A stretch of DNA of 47,739 nucleotides from Candidatus Zixiibacteriota bacterium (lineage in GTDB: Bacteria; Zixibacteria; MSB-5A5; GN15; FEB-12): assembly GCA_024277795.1 (NCBI GenBank), contig JAJRUL010000033.1:1-47739 (forward strand), given 5' to 3'. The position numbers were made by a program, and so were the translations under genes. The notes under the pieces were generated by a model. That model made no database searches. It was not told where the DNA came from and saw only the letters and a list, made by a program, of their open reading frames with translations. Positions 28,201 through 36,623 of the stretch are shown in pieces (position 1 is the first letter of the stretch; each line of letters starts with the position of its first letter).

Positions 28201-29259
28201 GGTGACCAAGGTTTCACTGGCAACCCATGTGGATCTGGCTTTAACACCTGGACAGGTACTCTTACCTGCACTCCTGTAGCACCTACCTATTGTGCTGCTT
28301 CGGGTGGCTGTGATGAGTATATTGAACAGGTTACTGTCGGAACTATCGACAATCTTACCGCTTGTGACAACTATGGTGATTACACCGCATTGTCAACACA
28401 GATGGAAATCGGAGTAGGTTATCCGATTACTATCGCAATTGGTAATGCTTACAACTCTGACGAAGGTGCTGTTTGGGTTGACTGGAATCAGGATCTCGAC
28501 TTTGATGATCCAGGTGAACAGGTAGTTCTTGATGTCAGTAGTGGTGTTGGACCATACACTGGTACTATCACTCCTCCTGCTGATGCTCTTGGCGGATCAA
28601 CCAGAATGAGAGTCAGGCTCGTATGGGGTTCAACACCGACACCATGTGGTACTACATCATACGGTGAAGTTGAGGATTATACGATCAACCTCGGACTGCC
28701 TATGAGCCCTGCAATGGTACTTGATCCTGATATGATGTATGCAATGTATTACTATGCAATCACACCAATGACCGGACATATTTATATTGGCGGTCCTGAT
28801 GCAGGTGATGTCAACTTGATAGATCAGGCAAGTATACTGATCAATGGTACAGTAACTCCTACTGCAGTAGCAGTTGTTACTGATGCAGGTGGTTATACAG
28901 GCGATGTCCTTGACATCTCTTTCTCAATCACTGACTTCCTTGCCGGCTATATGCCAGCTTGGGATAACATGCAAGAACCATTCTCAGTGAGCGGAACGTT
29001 GAATGATGCTACACCATTTGATTTCACCTCTGCTTTCTGGTTGCGTGGACATATCTCAGGTGATATTAATCTCGACAAAGAGATCAACGTAGCTGACCTC
29101 ACGATGCTTGTTGGATATCTGTTTAAGAGTGGAGAAGAACTCCCATACAAACCTGTTGCAGATATGGACAAAACGTGTGAAGTCAATGTCAGTGATCTTA
29201 TGAAACTAGTAGACAGACTGTTTAAGGGTGGATCAGAATTAGAATCTTGCCACTTTTAG
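25216..29259 (+). CDS. Large Cys-rich secreted non-catalytic protein (cleaved-adhesin/MAM-like domain, repeated NDxC beta-sandwich modules, GEVED domain, dockerin-like C-terminus); start likely ATG 25216
   Basis: GGGAGG-N7-ATG; EDFEG..FPP..W...DEWLLTP...LDDI; modules NDDC...NIWY.YTATCDG...SLCGS.YDTK.A.YDG twice; YGEVEDY; GDINLDKEINVADLT. Confidence 0.85.
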   Translation: MFKNKSKVRIVLVLVLVGLCSALALYAGIDRELDKEMRAAQLEARSSATISRNAEVDPDVLAKQQMILDEQVKLEAELANAQNVLKSKKDEWRPGKDAMRTKDEIASLKARLSLSGHPSIKRSPSSIFVSEDFEGATFPPPMWDTINTDPGYGFFQTSWTGGGTQGAFVTWHAAGFIQDEWLLTPPLNVSTANPAELKIEFWMLKGYTYPHDFKVYVDAGAGMVEVWDAASVAYPDFQWYAVSIPIGAYAGGSDIVVGFQYYGEDADLFGLDDISINDDVVVTPTGRCCSGDPASPTCTDGLTQAECTALSGAWQEGADCASSPCPLPGGNDECVNAEYIAGPYPTSVSGTTVGATIDCPGDPDIGDWDAVWYEIELPYAVNNVVIDYCGTAVSPPTISATLFTSCTCDAAARIYFDDGAYVDCGDGVGTPVIGWNGVPGPGTIYYAVWTGGVKADMRAQQAFTFTVDITEPPPAPANDDCATAQEVSDVVDLAFSTTTATADGAGYTTGPNIWYAYTATCDGNATVSLCGSTYDTKIAAYDGVTCSPLGTMLSSNDDFCSLQSEITFPVVAGNQYLIEVGGYSTSAGDGLLNISCAAGGGGSPGDNCSNPLKIDIPALPYSDIGQTTCGRGNSYEDPSDAICMGYYTSGEDIFYEVTVTSTIQVYITLDPKGTSYAGMGLFTSCPPSLTNCVDFVTSSSSSPKSMNCVSLDPGVYYLMIDTWASPNCIPDFDLTITEATGCGGGGGPENDDCANATPVGNVVDLAFNTDAASYDGTGTCLSSPNIWYVYTATCDGEVVVSLCGSGYDTKLAAYDGGTCGSPELACNDDFCSLQSEVSFIAVAGNQYLIEVGGYASSTGSGILNITCSDPCKVDCPPGAITESEACGADENGGCNSTVPAFQTIECGQPICGTAWADAGSRDTDWLEFTLTTNSEVTWTAVAEFPLATGFIETTSPGSIDCSNITGSINPFASTNPCDTAVVTTVLPPGTHWIFVGDQGFTGNPCGSGFNTWTGTLTCTPVAPTYCAASGGCDEYIEQVTVGTIDNLTACDNYGDYTALSTQMEIGVGYPITIAIGNAYNSDEGAVWVDWNQDLDFDDPGEQVVLDVSSGVGPYTGTITPPADALGGSTRMRVRLVWGSTPTPCGTTSYGEVEDYTINLGLPMSPAMVLDPDMMYAMYYYAITPMTGHIYIGGPDAGDVNLIDQASILINGTVTPTAVAVVTDAGGYTGDVLDISFSITDFLAGYMPAWDNMQEPFSVSGTLNDATPFDFTSAFWLRGHISGDINLDKEINVADLTMLVGYLFKSGEELPYKPVADMDKTCEVNVSDLMKLVDRLFKGGSELESCHF

Positions 29260-29284
29260 TCTAAGCTACTGATATAGTCCTTAT

Positions 29285-29320
29285 GGGCGGACAGGTTTTG
29301 AATCTGTTCGCCCTTTTTTT
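29285..29320 (+). terminator. Intrinsic terminator
   Basis: GGGCGGACAGG...TCTGTTCGCCC followed by TTTTTTT. Confidence 0.88.
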
Positions 29321-29357
29321 ATTCCAACAGAGACACATAATACGCAACATATTTACT

Positions 29358-29392
29358 GAGATCGCCACGTCGCTTACGCTCCTCGCGATGAC
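29358..29392. repeat. Short palindromic interspersed element ('VIARS...AIS'-type)
   Basis: GAGATCGCCACGTCGCTTACGCTCCTCGCGATGAC resembles, from recall, a widespread palindromic repeat whose reverse strand reads VIARSxxDxAIS. Confidence 0.6.
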
Positions 29393-29478
29393 GGTAGTAT
29401 GCAGGTGTTGCAAGATGGATGTTGTGCTACTGGGGTATTGGATCAAGCTCCGCACTATATAAGAGAAAGATTTCATCT

Positions 29479-29522
29479 GCCGTTGTGTCTTGATCCACCT
29501 TGGCGGATTGTGACACGACGGC
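29479..29522. repeat. REP-like nested hairpin, copy 1
   Basis: GCCGTTGTGTC-ttg-ATCCACCTTGGCGGAT-tgt-GACACGACGGC, with an outer and an inner stem. Confidence 0.65.
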
Positions 29523-29534
29523 TATAAGTAGTTG

Positions 29535-29586
29535 TGACTGTCAACACTTTTGACAAGTCAGAAGCAAAACCTGACAGAAGATTGAA
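29535..29586. repeat. REP-like element, copy 2 (direct repeat of 30412-30467, lacking 4 nt GGTC)
   Basis: TGACTGTCA----ACACTTTTGACAAGTCAGAAGCAAAACCTGACAGAAGATTGAA. Confidence 0.85.
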
Positions 29587-29659
29587 TGTCATTATAAATC
29601 ATTTTTACTACAAGTTCTCCAATATTAGACGACTAAAATGGTTAAAAAAACCGTTGTAT

Positions 29660-30304
29660 TCAATTGTGTGAGTTAGTATTACAGCAAATTGGCTTTGTTT
29701 TTTGACAGTTTGCTGTTTTGTTCTCTTTCTTTCTCATTGAGCTTGTTATATGGTACTGAATTTTCCTCAGTAAATTGTACGTGCGGGTGAGTTGTCGGTC
29801 AAGACGCATTTCATAGTACAGAATGCGTTTAGCAAAATTCTTATCGGGAATAGCATGTTGCATAACCAGATTAATATAGTCATTTGTATCTTCTGATGAG
29901 AAGTCAAGAGGTACATTTTCGCAGTCATGATATTTCGCCTTGAATTCCTGATCTTGTTGAGCATCATACATCTTCTTGTCGAGATTGTTGAGCTGTTTGT
30001 TTATTTGAGCGGTTTCAGCAAGCGCAACACGGTGAGTCCGCCACAATGCATTGGCAATCTTTCGTATAAGATATTCTTGAAAACAGGATCGAGGATCCAG
30101 TTCCCATCGTAGTGATTCGACAAGCATTTCATAGTCGACTCTGCTTTCTTTGTGATATTTGGAATCGATGACAAGCTTGTTTGAGTAGAGGCCATAGGTT
30201 GTAGCGTTCTGTCCGACTGTCTTTTTCCCTTCTTCGCTCTTGGGGCCAGTAGATTTCTTACTGTTTTGTCTGTTGGCTTTGATTTGTTTTTTTGATACAG
30301 GCAT
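29660..30304 (-). CDS. Hypothetical protein with an N-terminal 'KQIKANRQNSKKSTGPKSEEGK..NATTYGL' motif
   Basis: AAAGGAG RBS. The N-terminal motif is one I recall from an uncharacterised family common in accessory regions; it also has a YEMRLDRQL helix. Confidence 0.75.
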   Translation of the reverse strand: MPVSKKQIKANRQNSKKSTGPKSEEGKKTVGQNATTYGLYSNKLVIDSKYHKESRVDYEMLVESLRWELDPRSCFQEYLIRKIANALWRTHRVALAETAQINKQLNNLDKKMYDAQQDQEFKAKYHDCENVPLDFSSEDTNDYINLVMQHAIPDKNFAKRILYYEMRLDRQLTRTYNLLRKIQYHITSSMRKKENKTANCQKTKPICCNTNSHN

Positions 30305-30411
30305 ATATCTCCTTTGTTTGTTTTATTAATTGATAGAGGAGTGGAATCAACACAAACATTGTAGGAGAGATGCTGTCGTTGTTTATTTTATGAGTAACAT
30401 ATCAACTTATA

Positions 30412-30467
30412 TGACTGTCAGGTCACACTTTTGACAAGTCAAAAGCAAGACCTGACAGAAGATTGAA
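30412..30467. repeat. REP-like element, copy 3 (intact nested hairpin)
   Basis: TGTCAGGTC-aca-CTTTTGAC-aa-GTCAAAAG-caa-GACCTGACA followed by GAAGATTGAA. Confidence 0.85.
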
Positions 30468-30480
30468 ACTTATCGTATAT

Positions 30481-30578
30481 CATATGTTACACGTTACATG
30501 TTACATATTACATGTTTACACGTGTATGCGTTATGGGTTACACGTTACGCATTACATATCACGTTCTTTGCTACATTA
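30481..30578. repeat. Degenerate ~7-bp tandem repeat (GTTACAY)
   Basis: gttacac gttacat gttacat attacat gtttacac ... gttacac gttacgc attacat, immediately downstream of the S8 stop. Confidence 0.8.
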
Positions 30579-33500
30579 CCCGCCACAAATTGGAGGCGGT
30601 CCACTTTGGAAGAGGTAGGCAACAAGATATGTCAGATCATCTACATTAATCAGCCCACCTGAACCATCGCAATCAGCCGATGCGGGAACGGGTGGTTGCG
30701 GTCCGCTTTGAAAGAGGAAAGCAACCAAATAGGTGAGGTCATCAACAGTAATCGGCAAGACCCCGCTCCCATTAACATCACCACAGATATATGCTGGTGT
30801 GTCGGTAACTTGTAAGCTCACAGGCATACTAATCGTCCCTGTTGCAACATCATTGCTCGTCAGAGCGATAGTTGCGTTGTACGTACCGACATCCATACCT
30901 GTTGAGTTATAGCTCAACGTGAGGGTATCTGTTTCACTTCCTCCGATGTAACCGTTTATATTATCCAAGGTGAGCCATTGATATGGTGCGCTAAATTGAA
31001 TTGCGAGGGAATCATGCAGGTATGTTGTTAAGTACGCGACCTCTATCCCATCACTACCATCGAAGTTTTCAAGACCAACAGCACAATTGGCAATATCAAA
31101 ACCTGTCGCAATTGATTTGTATTGATAGGTAATATCACCATTGGGCTCAAGTATTACTTGCGCTGTTACTACATCACCTGCATTCCCTGCATATTCGGAA
31201 TAGTCAACAAATTGAATTATACAACGACTACTATTCGTATCGATATACACATGTGCATTCGGGTTGTCAGCATCATCAGGATTAAGATCATCCCATAACC
31301 ACGCCAAGATATTATTCGGAGTAGTTGCAGTCGGCAGTGCAGTTTTGAAGCGAGAGCTCATTGTTGTAGAATCAAATCCTATGATGCCGTTGGAGCCGAT
31401 ATATATTTCAGTGTAATCATTTCCATAGAAATTAAATGTGAACCCGATCGGATATGGGCCACCGTAGTTATCATCGTTGAGATCAACAACCACATCTGTA
31501 CCTGTTCCGCTCACGTCAATCCAATTGAAGGTTGGTCCACCGAGTTCATCAGAATCAACCCAGAAATAACCGAAAGCATCAGGACCTCCAGCATTCCTCA
31601 ACACAGGGAAACCTTCTCTTGGGTCGATACTCCCTTTTTTATCATCATAGATATGAAATCCTTCAGGATATTTCCTGCGAGATGGTTCGACCAATCCTGC
31701 ATTGAGTAATTCAGCAAAGCGCCCATACTTGCTAAAGTTTGGAATCACTGAAGCAGACCATTGCAGTGCACCTAACCCGAGATTGCTGATATACAGTTTA
31801 TCTGTCGTTGAATCATCTATCGGGAGGATTTCCGAAAAGGCCAAAGGAGTTGCAGAAATCAATGGGGCATGGTCAACTCTTATGTCGTCAATATACCAGT
31901 CGTCTGTCAAGGCACCTGATCCTACAGTATGAAAACGTACCTGAAAAGCAGAATGCATGGCATCGGCAGGAAGGTTGAAGTTTACCTGTTGGAAATTTGA
32001 CATTGTCGGTTCTGCACCCAGATGCTGAGCGACAGGCATCCAAGTGCCGACATTATTCTTATATTCAACAGTTAGATCGTCGCCTGCATCGGGTGGTTCG
32101 CCCGAACCGCCTCGCTGATAATAGTATGATAGAATGACATCGGTCTGACCTGTTATGTCCATAATTTGAGTAACGGCTGTATCATTCCCGCCATCTACGT
32201 TCATAGCATAGAGTGCACTTGGAGGATTGGTTCCCTCAACATTGACTTCTACACCTATCGCTGTCAACCAACGTGCAGTAAAAAGGGTATCGAATGGGAA
32301 TGGTTCATACCACGGGAATCCTCCCGGAGCACCTGCTGAGTAGGTAACAACAACACTATAATCGAGAACTGAAGCATCACCTACAGATGTTGCTACAACA
32401 AGGGCAGTGTCATTTGTATTCATAATGGCACCTGCATCAATCGCTACCTTTACCATAAAAGCAAATGAACTTGCGGGATTGATAATACCTGTGTTGCTTA
32501 TTTGTGTTGTTCCCGTTTCGTCATAGATAAAAGCCGGCCAAGTTGCACTTGAGGCACTAAGTACATAGTCATCAGCGTTGACCCCTTTATTCACAACAGT
32601 AAACAGATAGGACACGGTATCACCTGCGGGGCCGAACTGGTTTGCAGTTTGAGGTGTCAATTCAACAGCATACGGTGGTGGAGGTCCGACATAAATATCA
32701 TCAACAAACCAATCATCAAAACTGCCTGCTGTTGCTGTACAACGGAAACGCAATCTAAACCCACTATGTATCATCGTGCTAGGTAATGTCATCGATACTT
32801 CGGCATACGATGTCATATCGGGATTTCCCCCGAAATGTTGTTGTAGCAGTTGCCAGACTCCAAGTGAATCAAGCCCCTCAACAAAAAGATCATCGCCAGC
32901 TTCCGGAGTATCGCCACCGCCTGTTTGTTGATACCAATATGACACTACAACATTGATCTCATTTTTGAGGTCGATTGCCTGAGTCATCATGCTATCGGCT
33001 CCGCTAGGATTTCCGTTCAGGTTAGCACTATACGCAGGTGATGGTTCATTCAACCCGATATCGTTGCTCGTGGCTCCAGATATTAGAACCCATTTCCCGT
33101 TATCTATTGTGGTTGTAGGAAAGTTCTCTGTGAATGGAACTGTTAGTGGTTGTCCGTCTGATGTTGTAATACAACTGCTCGCACTTGATATGAGCGGGTT
33201 TCCAGTTGAAGTAGCAGTAACCACAGCAGTATCAAGGTCACCATAAAGACTTGTAGGAATTATCACTCGAAGTTTGAACAGAACAGTATCATCACCGAAC
33301 ATATTCCCTGAGGATGATATTGGATTGATACCTGTCGCATCATATAACACAGACGGCCACGTATTGTTGGTAACGCTGAGCGTATAATCATCTGCATACA
33401 CACCTGTATTTACTAATACAAAATCATACCAAACTGTATCATCAACAGGGCCAAAGTTTGTTGCGGTTTGTGGTGAAAGTGTCATTGCATATTCGATTAC

Positions 33501-35165
33501 GCTAAATTGGAAAGTTGGTGTTGTATCAACTTTTCCAGCAACATCACCCGCAGTTAGATAATAATCGATAATTGTACCTGCTTGTTGGGCGGGAATGAAT
33601 CCTTCATATTCATCAGGATTGATTGTTGGGGATAGAAGCATTGACGTCCACACCCCTGAAACTTGATAATGGAGTTTTAGGGAGTCTGCCACTAGTGTTG
33701 TATCAGATGTAATACTGGCAACCACATGATAGTCGTTAAGGGTGTCACGGGTATCTGTCAGAGGGGTATGGTTGATTGCAACACCGCATGGATATGCCTG
33801 CACGAGTAACGCAGAATTGTATAGATTCAACCGTCCACCAGAAACTGTGATTCCCGCAAGTGCTGAAATCGGATCAGTGCCATTGAGAATGGCTTGCTTG
33901 ACAAACAGAGCAATTGTTGCTGGATCAAGTTTTGCTTGTTGTAAAAAGTTAGTACATCCGACACCATACATAAATGCTACTGCACCGCAAACCTGCGGAG
34001 TAGCCATTGATGTTCCTGTTTTGTATCCATACCCACCACCCTGTAATGATGAATAAATTGATGTTCCCGGTGCACCAAGATCGATAGTTGTTGTACCGTA
34101 GGCGGCTCCGGAGTTTCTACTGTCAGTATCGGTTGTATTCGTTACTGAGATAAGATAATCAGAGGCACAAGCAGTAGGGACATCACCTTGTACGTCAATG
34201 TCGATATTCAAATTTGCAGTTGCGGCCATTGAAAGAACTCCAACAGCTCCGAGAGAGTCATACATTGCACACCAAAGAGGGAAATTAGCAGGGTTTCCAT
34301 AATCCACACCAAAAGAAGAGTTGGTTGCGACGACAAAAGCACCTAAGGCTCCATTGGTCTGATTGTACAGTGCGCGCATTTCATGTACATACGAATATGC
34401 TGCAACAGCAACCGCTTCCTGACTGGTCGAGCCAGCAACAGGCATGACTTTTACTCCCCAGTTGACACCAACCACACCCGTATTGTTGTTACCGATTGCC
34501 GCAGCTATACCTGCAACATGGGTACCATGATCATTTGAAGGAACAGTCCCGTCATTCGCATACGCATCCCAACCATCATAATCGTCAATATAACCGTTGC
34601 CATCATCATCAATACCATTCCCCGGTACTTCATGGATATTCTTGAAGTAGTCGATATCAGGGTGAGTCAGATCACACCCTCCATCTACGACAGCAACAAC
34701 AATCTGGTCTCCGAATACTGTTGTATCACCTGTTGTTATGTCCCAGGCTTCTACGGCATCAATATCAGCATCAACTGTTCCACCTGATTGGCCTGTATTG
34801 TTGAGTTCCCACTTATTGTTGAAACTCGGGTCATTTGGAAAGGTGGCACGCTCTTTGATATAATGATTGAACTGGGCTATTTCGACTGCTGAATGATTGC
34901 GAACTTCTGCCAGCAATGCTTTATGTTGAGCTGTTTTCATCGCACTCGCGTCATATTGGAACAGCCAGATATTCATTCTTTTAGAGAGAAGCCTGACAGG
35001 ATGCAGTGAATTTGACTTGAATGAATTTGTGAGAGATAGTTCGGCTCCCGAACCAGTCACTTGCACAATGAGATCGCCTTTAACATAGTCAGCCTCACCT
35101 GCTGATACAGATAATGCAGACATACAGATCAACGAAAGGATCAGCAATATCTTAGCTAATTTCAT
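30576..35165 (-). CDS. Secreted S8 subtilisin-like protease with accessory beta-domains and a C-terminal dockerin-like domain; start likely ATG 35165
   Basis: VAVVDGG (Asp), HGTHVAG (His), GTSMATP (Ser); MKLAKILLIL signal peptide; GDVNGSG..TVDDLTYLVAFLF duplicated. Confidence 0.93.
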   Translation of the reverse strand: MKLAKILLILSLICMSALSVSAGEADYVKGDLIVQVTGSGAELSLTNSFKSNSLHPVRLLSKRMNIWLFQYDASAMKTAQHKALLAEVRNHSAVEIAQFNHYIKERATFPNDPSFNNKWELNNTGQSGGTVDADIDAVEAWDITTGDTTVFGDQIVVAVVDGGCDLTHPDIDYFKNIHEVPGNGIDDDGNGYIDDYDGWDAYANDGTVPSNDHGTHVAGIAAAIGNNNTGVVGVNWGVKVMPVAGSTSQEAVAVAAYSYVHEMRALYNQTNGALGAFVVATNSSFGVDYGNPANFPLWCAMYDSLGAVGVLSMAATANLNIDIDVQGDVPTACASDYLISVTNTTDTDSRNSGAAYGTTTIDLGAPGTSIYSSLQGGGYGYKTGTSMATPQVCGAVAFMYGVGCTNFLQQAKLDPATIALFVKQAILNGTDPISALAGITVSGGRLNLYNSALLVQAYPCGVAINHTPLTDTRDTLNDYHVVASITSDTTLVADSLKLHYQVSGVWTSMLLSPTINPDEYEGFIPAQQAGTIIDYYLTAGDVAGKVDTTPTFQFSVIEYAMTLSPQTATNFGPVDDTVWYDFVLVNTGVYADDYTLSVTNNTWPSVLYDATGINPISSSGNMFGDDTVLFKLRVIIPTSLYGDLDTAVVTATSTGNPLISSASSCITTSDGQPLTVPFTENFPTTTIDNGKWVLISGATSNDIGLNEPSPAYSANLNGNPSGADSMMTQAIDLKNEINVVVSYWYQQTGGGDTPEAGDDLFVEGLDSLGVWQLLQQHFGGNPDMTSYAEVSMTLPSTMIHSGFRLRFRCTATAGSFDDWFVDDIYVGPPPPYAVELTPQTANQFGPAGDTVSYLFTVVNKGVNADDYVLSASSATWPAFIYDETGTTQISNTGIINPASSFAFMVKVAIDAGAIMNTNDTALVVATSVGDASVLDYSVVVTYSAGAPGGFPWYEPFPFDTLFTARWLTAIGVEVNVEGTNPPSALYAMNVDGGNDTAVTQIMDITGQTDVILSYYYQRGGSGEPPDAGDDLTVEYKNNVGTWMPVAQHLGAEPTMSNFQQVNFNLPADAMHSAFQVRFHTVGSGALTDDWYIDDIRVDHAPLISATPLAFSEILPIDDSTTDKLYISNLGLGALQWSASVIPNFSKYGRFAELLNAGLVEPSRRKYPEGFHIYDDKKGSIDPREGFPVLRNAGGPDAFGYFWVDSDELGGPTFNWIDVSGTGTDVVVDLNDDNYGGPYPIGFTFNFYGNDYTEIYIGSNGIIGFDSTTMSSRFKTALPTATTPNNILAWLWDDLNPDDADNPNAHVYIDTNSSRCIIQFVDYSEYAGNAGDVVTAQVILEPNGDITYQYKSIATGFDIANCAVGLENFDGSDGIEVAYLTTYLHDSLAIQFSAPYQWLTLDNINGYIGGSETDTLTLSYNSTGMDVGTYNATIALTSNDVATGTISMPVSLQVTDTPAYICGDVNGSGVLPITVDDLTYLVAFLFQSGPQPPVPASADCDGSGGLINVDDLTYLVAYLFQSGPPPICGG

Positions 35166-35621
35166 GTTCTTCCCCAGATTGTTATGATAATATATTTTAT
35201 GCGTGGTTTCTTTTCTTAGAGTCAATAGATCAATCATAGAGTATACCTATAATCAGATATGGTCATATTGACGTCAATTAACGCGGAATGCAACCAAGAG
35301 ACGGATTTTCTGCTATCGTCGACAGGCAAGTAACTTGAACAGGTACATAGAGTTATAGCCCTATAAGTTTCTTCTGAAAAATAATAGAGCAGTTCTTCCT
35401 GACATCTATATAATACGCTTTATGGCAGATAAATCAAGGCAAATCAGGCCAAAGATTTTGGCCTGGAAATCATGATTTCATCACGATTCGACCCGATACT
35501 GAAGAGATAAAACGTATAGTTCTCAAATCAAACTTGGGCTGTTGGTCTCTTGCGATTGAGATGTAGAACAGATGACTCAGTAATACCAAACACGTACTTA
35601 TCCTCACAGGTATTTTTTTCG

Positions 35622-35697
35622 AAATACTTAGCTTTAGTCAAGGGTATAAGAGTATAAATAGACTATAATTGACTACTATAGTCCTTGTTTATAGAGT
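35622..35697 (+). promoter_or_regulatory. ric promoter (TTGACT-N17-TAGAGT) overlapped by an Rrf2/IscR type-1-like box
   Basis: ATAATTGACTActaTAGTCCTTGTT (35665-35689) versus the IscR type-1 consensus ATASYYGACTRwwwYAGTCRRSTAT. A second half-site TTTAGTCAAGG lies at 35633-35643. Confidence 0.5.
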
Positions 35698-35730
35698 ATA
35701 TGTAAACGTAATATAATACGGAGTGTTAAA

Positions 35731-36450
35731 ATGTCAGAAAACAGATTAGAAACACCGATAGGTGAAATCGTTGCAGAGAATCTCAACAGATCACGAGTAT
35801 TCGAACAGTACGGACTTGATTACTGTTGCGGTGGACATGTTACCCTTAACAAAGCATGTCAAGATAAGGGAATCGACCCGAACGAATTGATAACTGCTTT
35901 GGAAAAAGCAGATAGTGAAAGTAGTGACGTTGAAAAGAAAGACTGGCGGAATGCTGGGTTGACAGAATTAGCTGATCACATTGAAGCGACGCATCATGCT
36001 TACTTGAACAAAGAACTTCCTCGTTTGAATGGCTTGATGGAAAAAGTAGTTAATGCCCACTCTGAACGACATCCTGAGCTCTCAAAAGTTGCTGCCACTC
36101 TCGGTGCATTAACTGCTGAGCTTACTCAGCATCTCGCCAAAGAAGAGCAAGCACTCTTCCCTATTATCCGTCAGATGGATCAAACAGGTGATGCTAACCA
36201 CCATTGTGGTGAAGTAGCTAATCCGATTCGAGTCATGGAGATGGAGCACAACACAGCGGGTGACGCACTTGCGACACTACGAAAACTTACTAATGATTTT
36301 CAAGCTCCAGCGGACGGATGCACAACATATCAAGCACTATATCTCGGGTTAGCCGAAATGGAATTTGATATCCATCAGCATATCCTGAAAGAAAGTAGTA
36401 TCCTCTTCCCGCGTGCAATTGCACTTGAAGAGAAATTGAAACAAGGTTGA
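35731..36450 (+). CDS. ric: Iron-sulfur cluster repair di-iron protein (Ric/YtfE/ScdA)
   Basis: DYCCGG N-terminal motif; HH.YL, H..KEE..LFP, ME.EH and HQHILKE..ILFP hemerythrin-like motifs. Confidence 0.95.
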   Translation: MSENRLETPIGEIVAENLNRSRVFEQYGLDYCCGGHVTLNKACQDKGIDPNELITALEKADSESSDVEKKDWRNAGLTELADHIEATHHAYLNKELPRLNGLMEKVVNAHSERHPELSKVAATLGALTAELTQHLAKEEQALFPIIRQMDQTGDANHHCGEVANPIRVMEMEHNTAGDALATLRKLTNDFQAPADGCTTYQALYLGLAEMEFDIHQHILKESSILFPRAIALEEKLKQG

Positions 36451-36559
36451 TTGTTACAGATTTACCTTCACTAGCGTAATTGATTGTCGTACTCATACGA
36501 GTATTATTATTGACAATACGATATGAGAATATGCGATTCGTTGGTTGTAGATAAAGAAA

Positions 36560-36600
36560 CAGGTAAGAGAACCAGTTTCAAAGGTCTCTTACCTGCTTTC
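36560..36600. terminator. Hairpin/terminator between convergent ric and rubrerythrin
   Basis: CAGGTAAGAGA...TCTCTTACCTG inverted repeat. Confidence 0.65.
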
Positions 36601-36623
36601 ATTCATTTCTTATTTAATTTAGC

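Noticed and set aside
29261-29476. 71-aa minus-strand ORF
   Set aside because: It spans a terminator and a palindromic repeat (its VIARSVSDVAIS is the repeat translation), so it is unlikely to be a real gene.
29479-30578. CRISPR array or integron attC sites
   Set aside because: No regular repeat-spacer period, cas genes or integrase, and the hairpins lack RYYYAAC/GTTRRRY ends.
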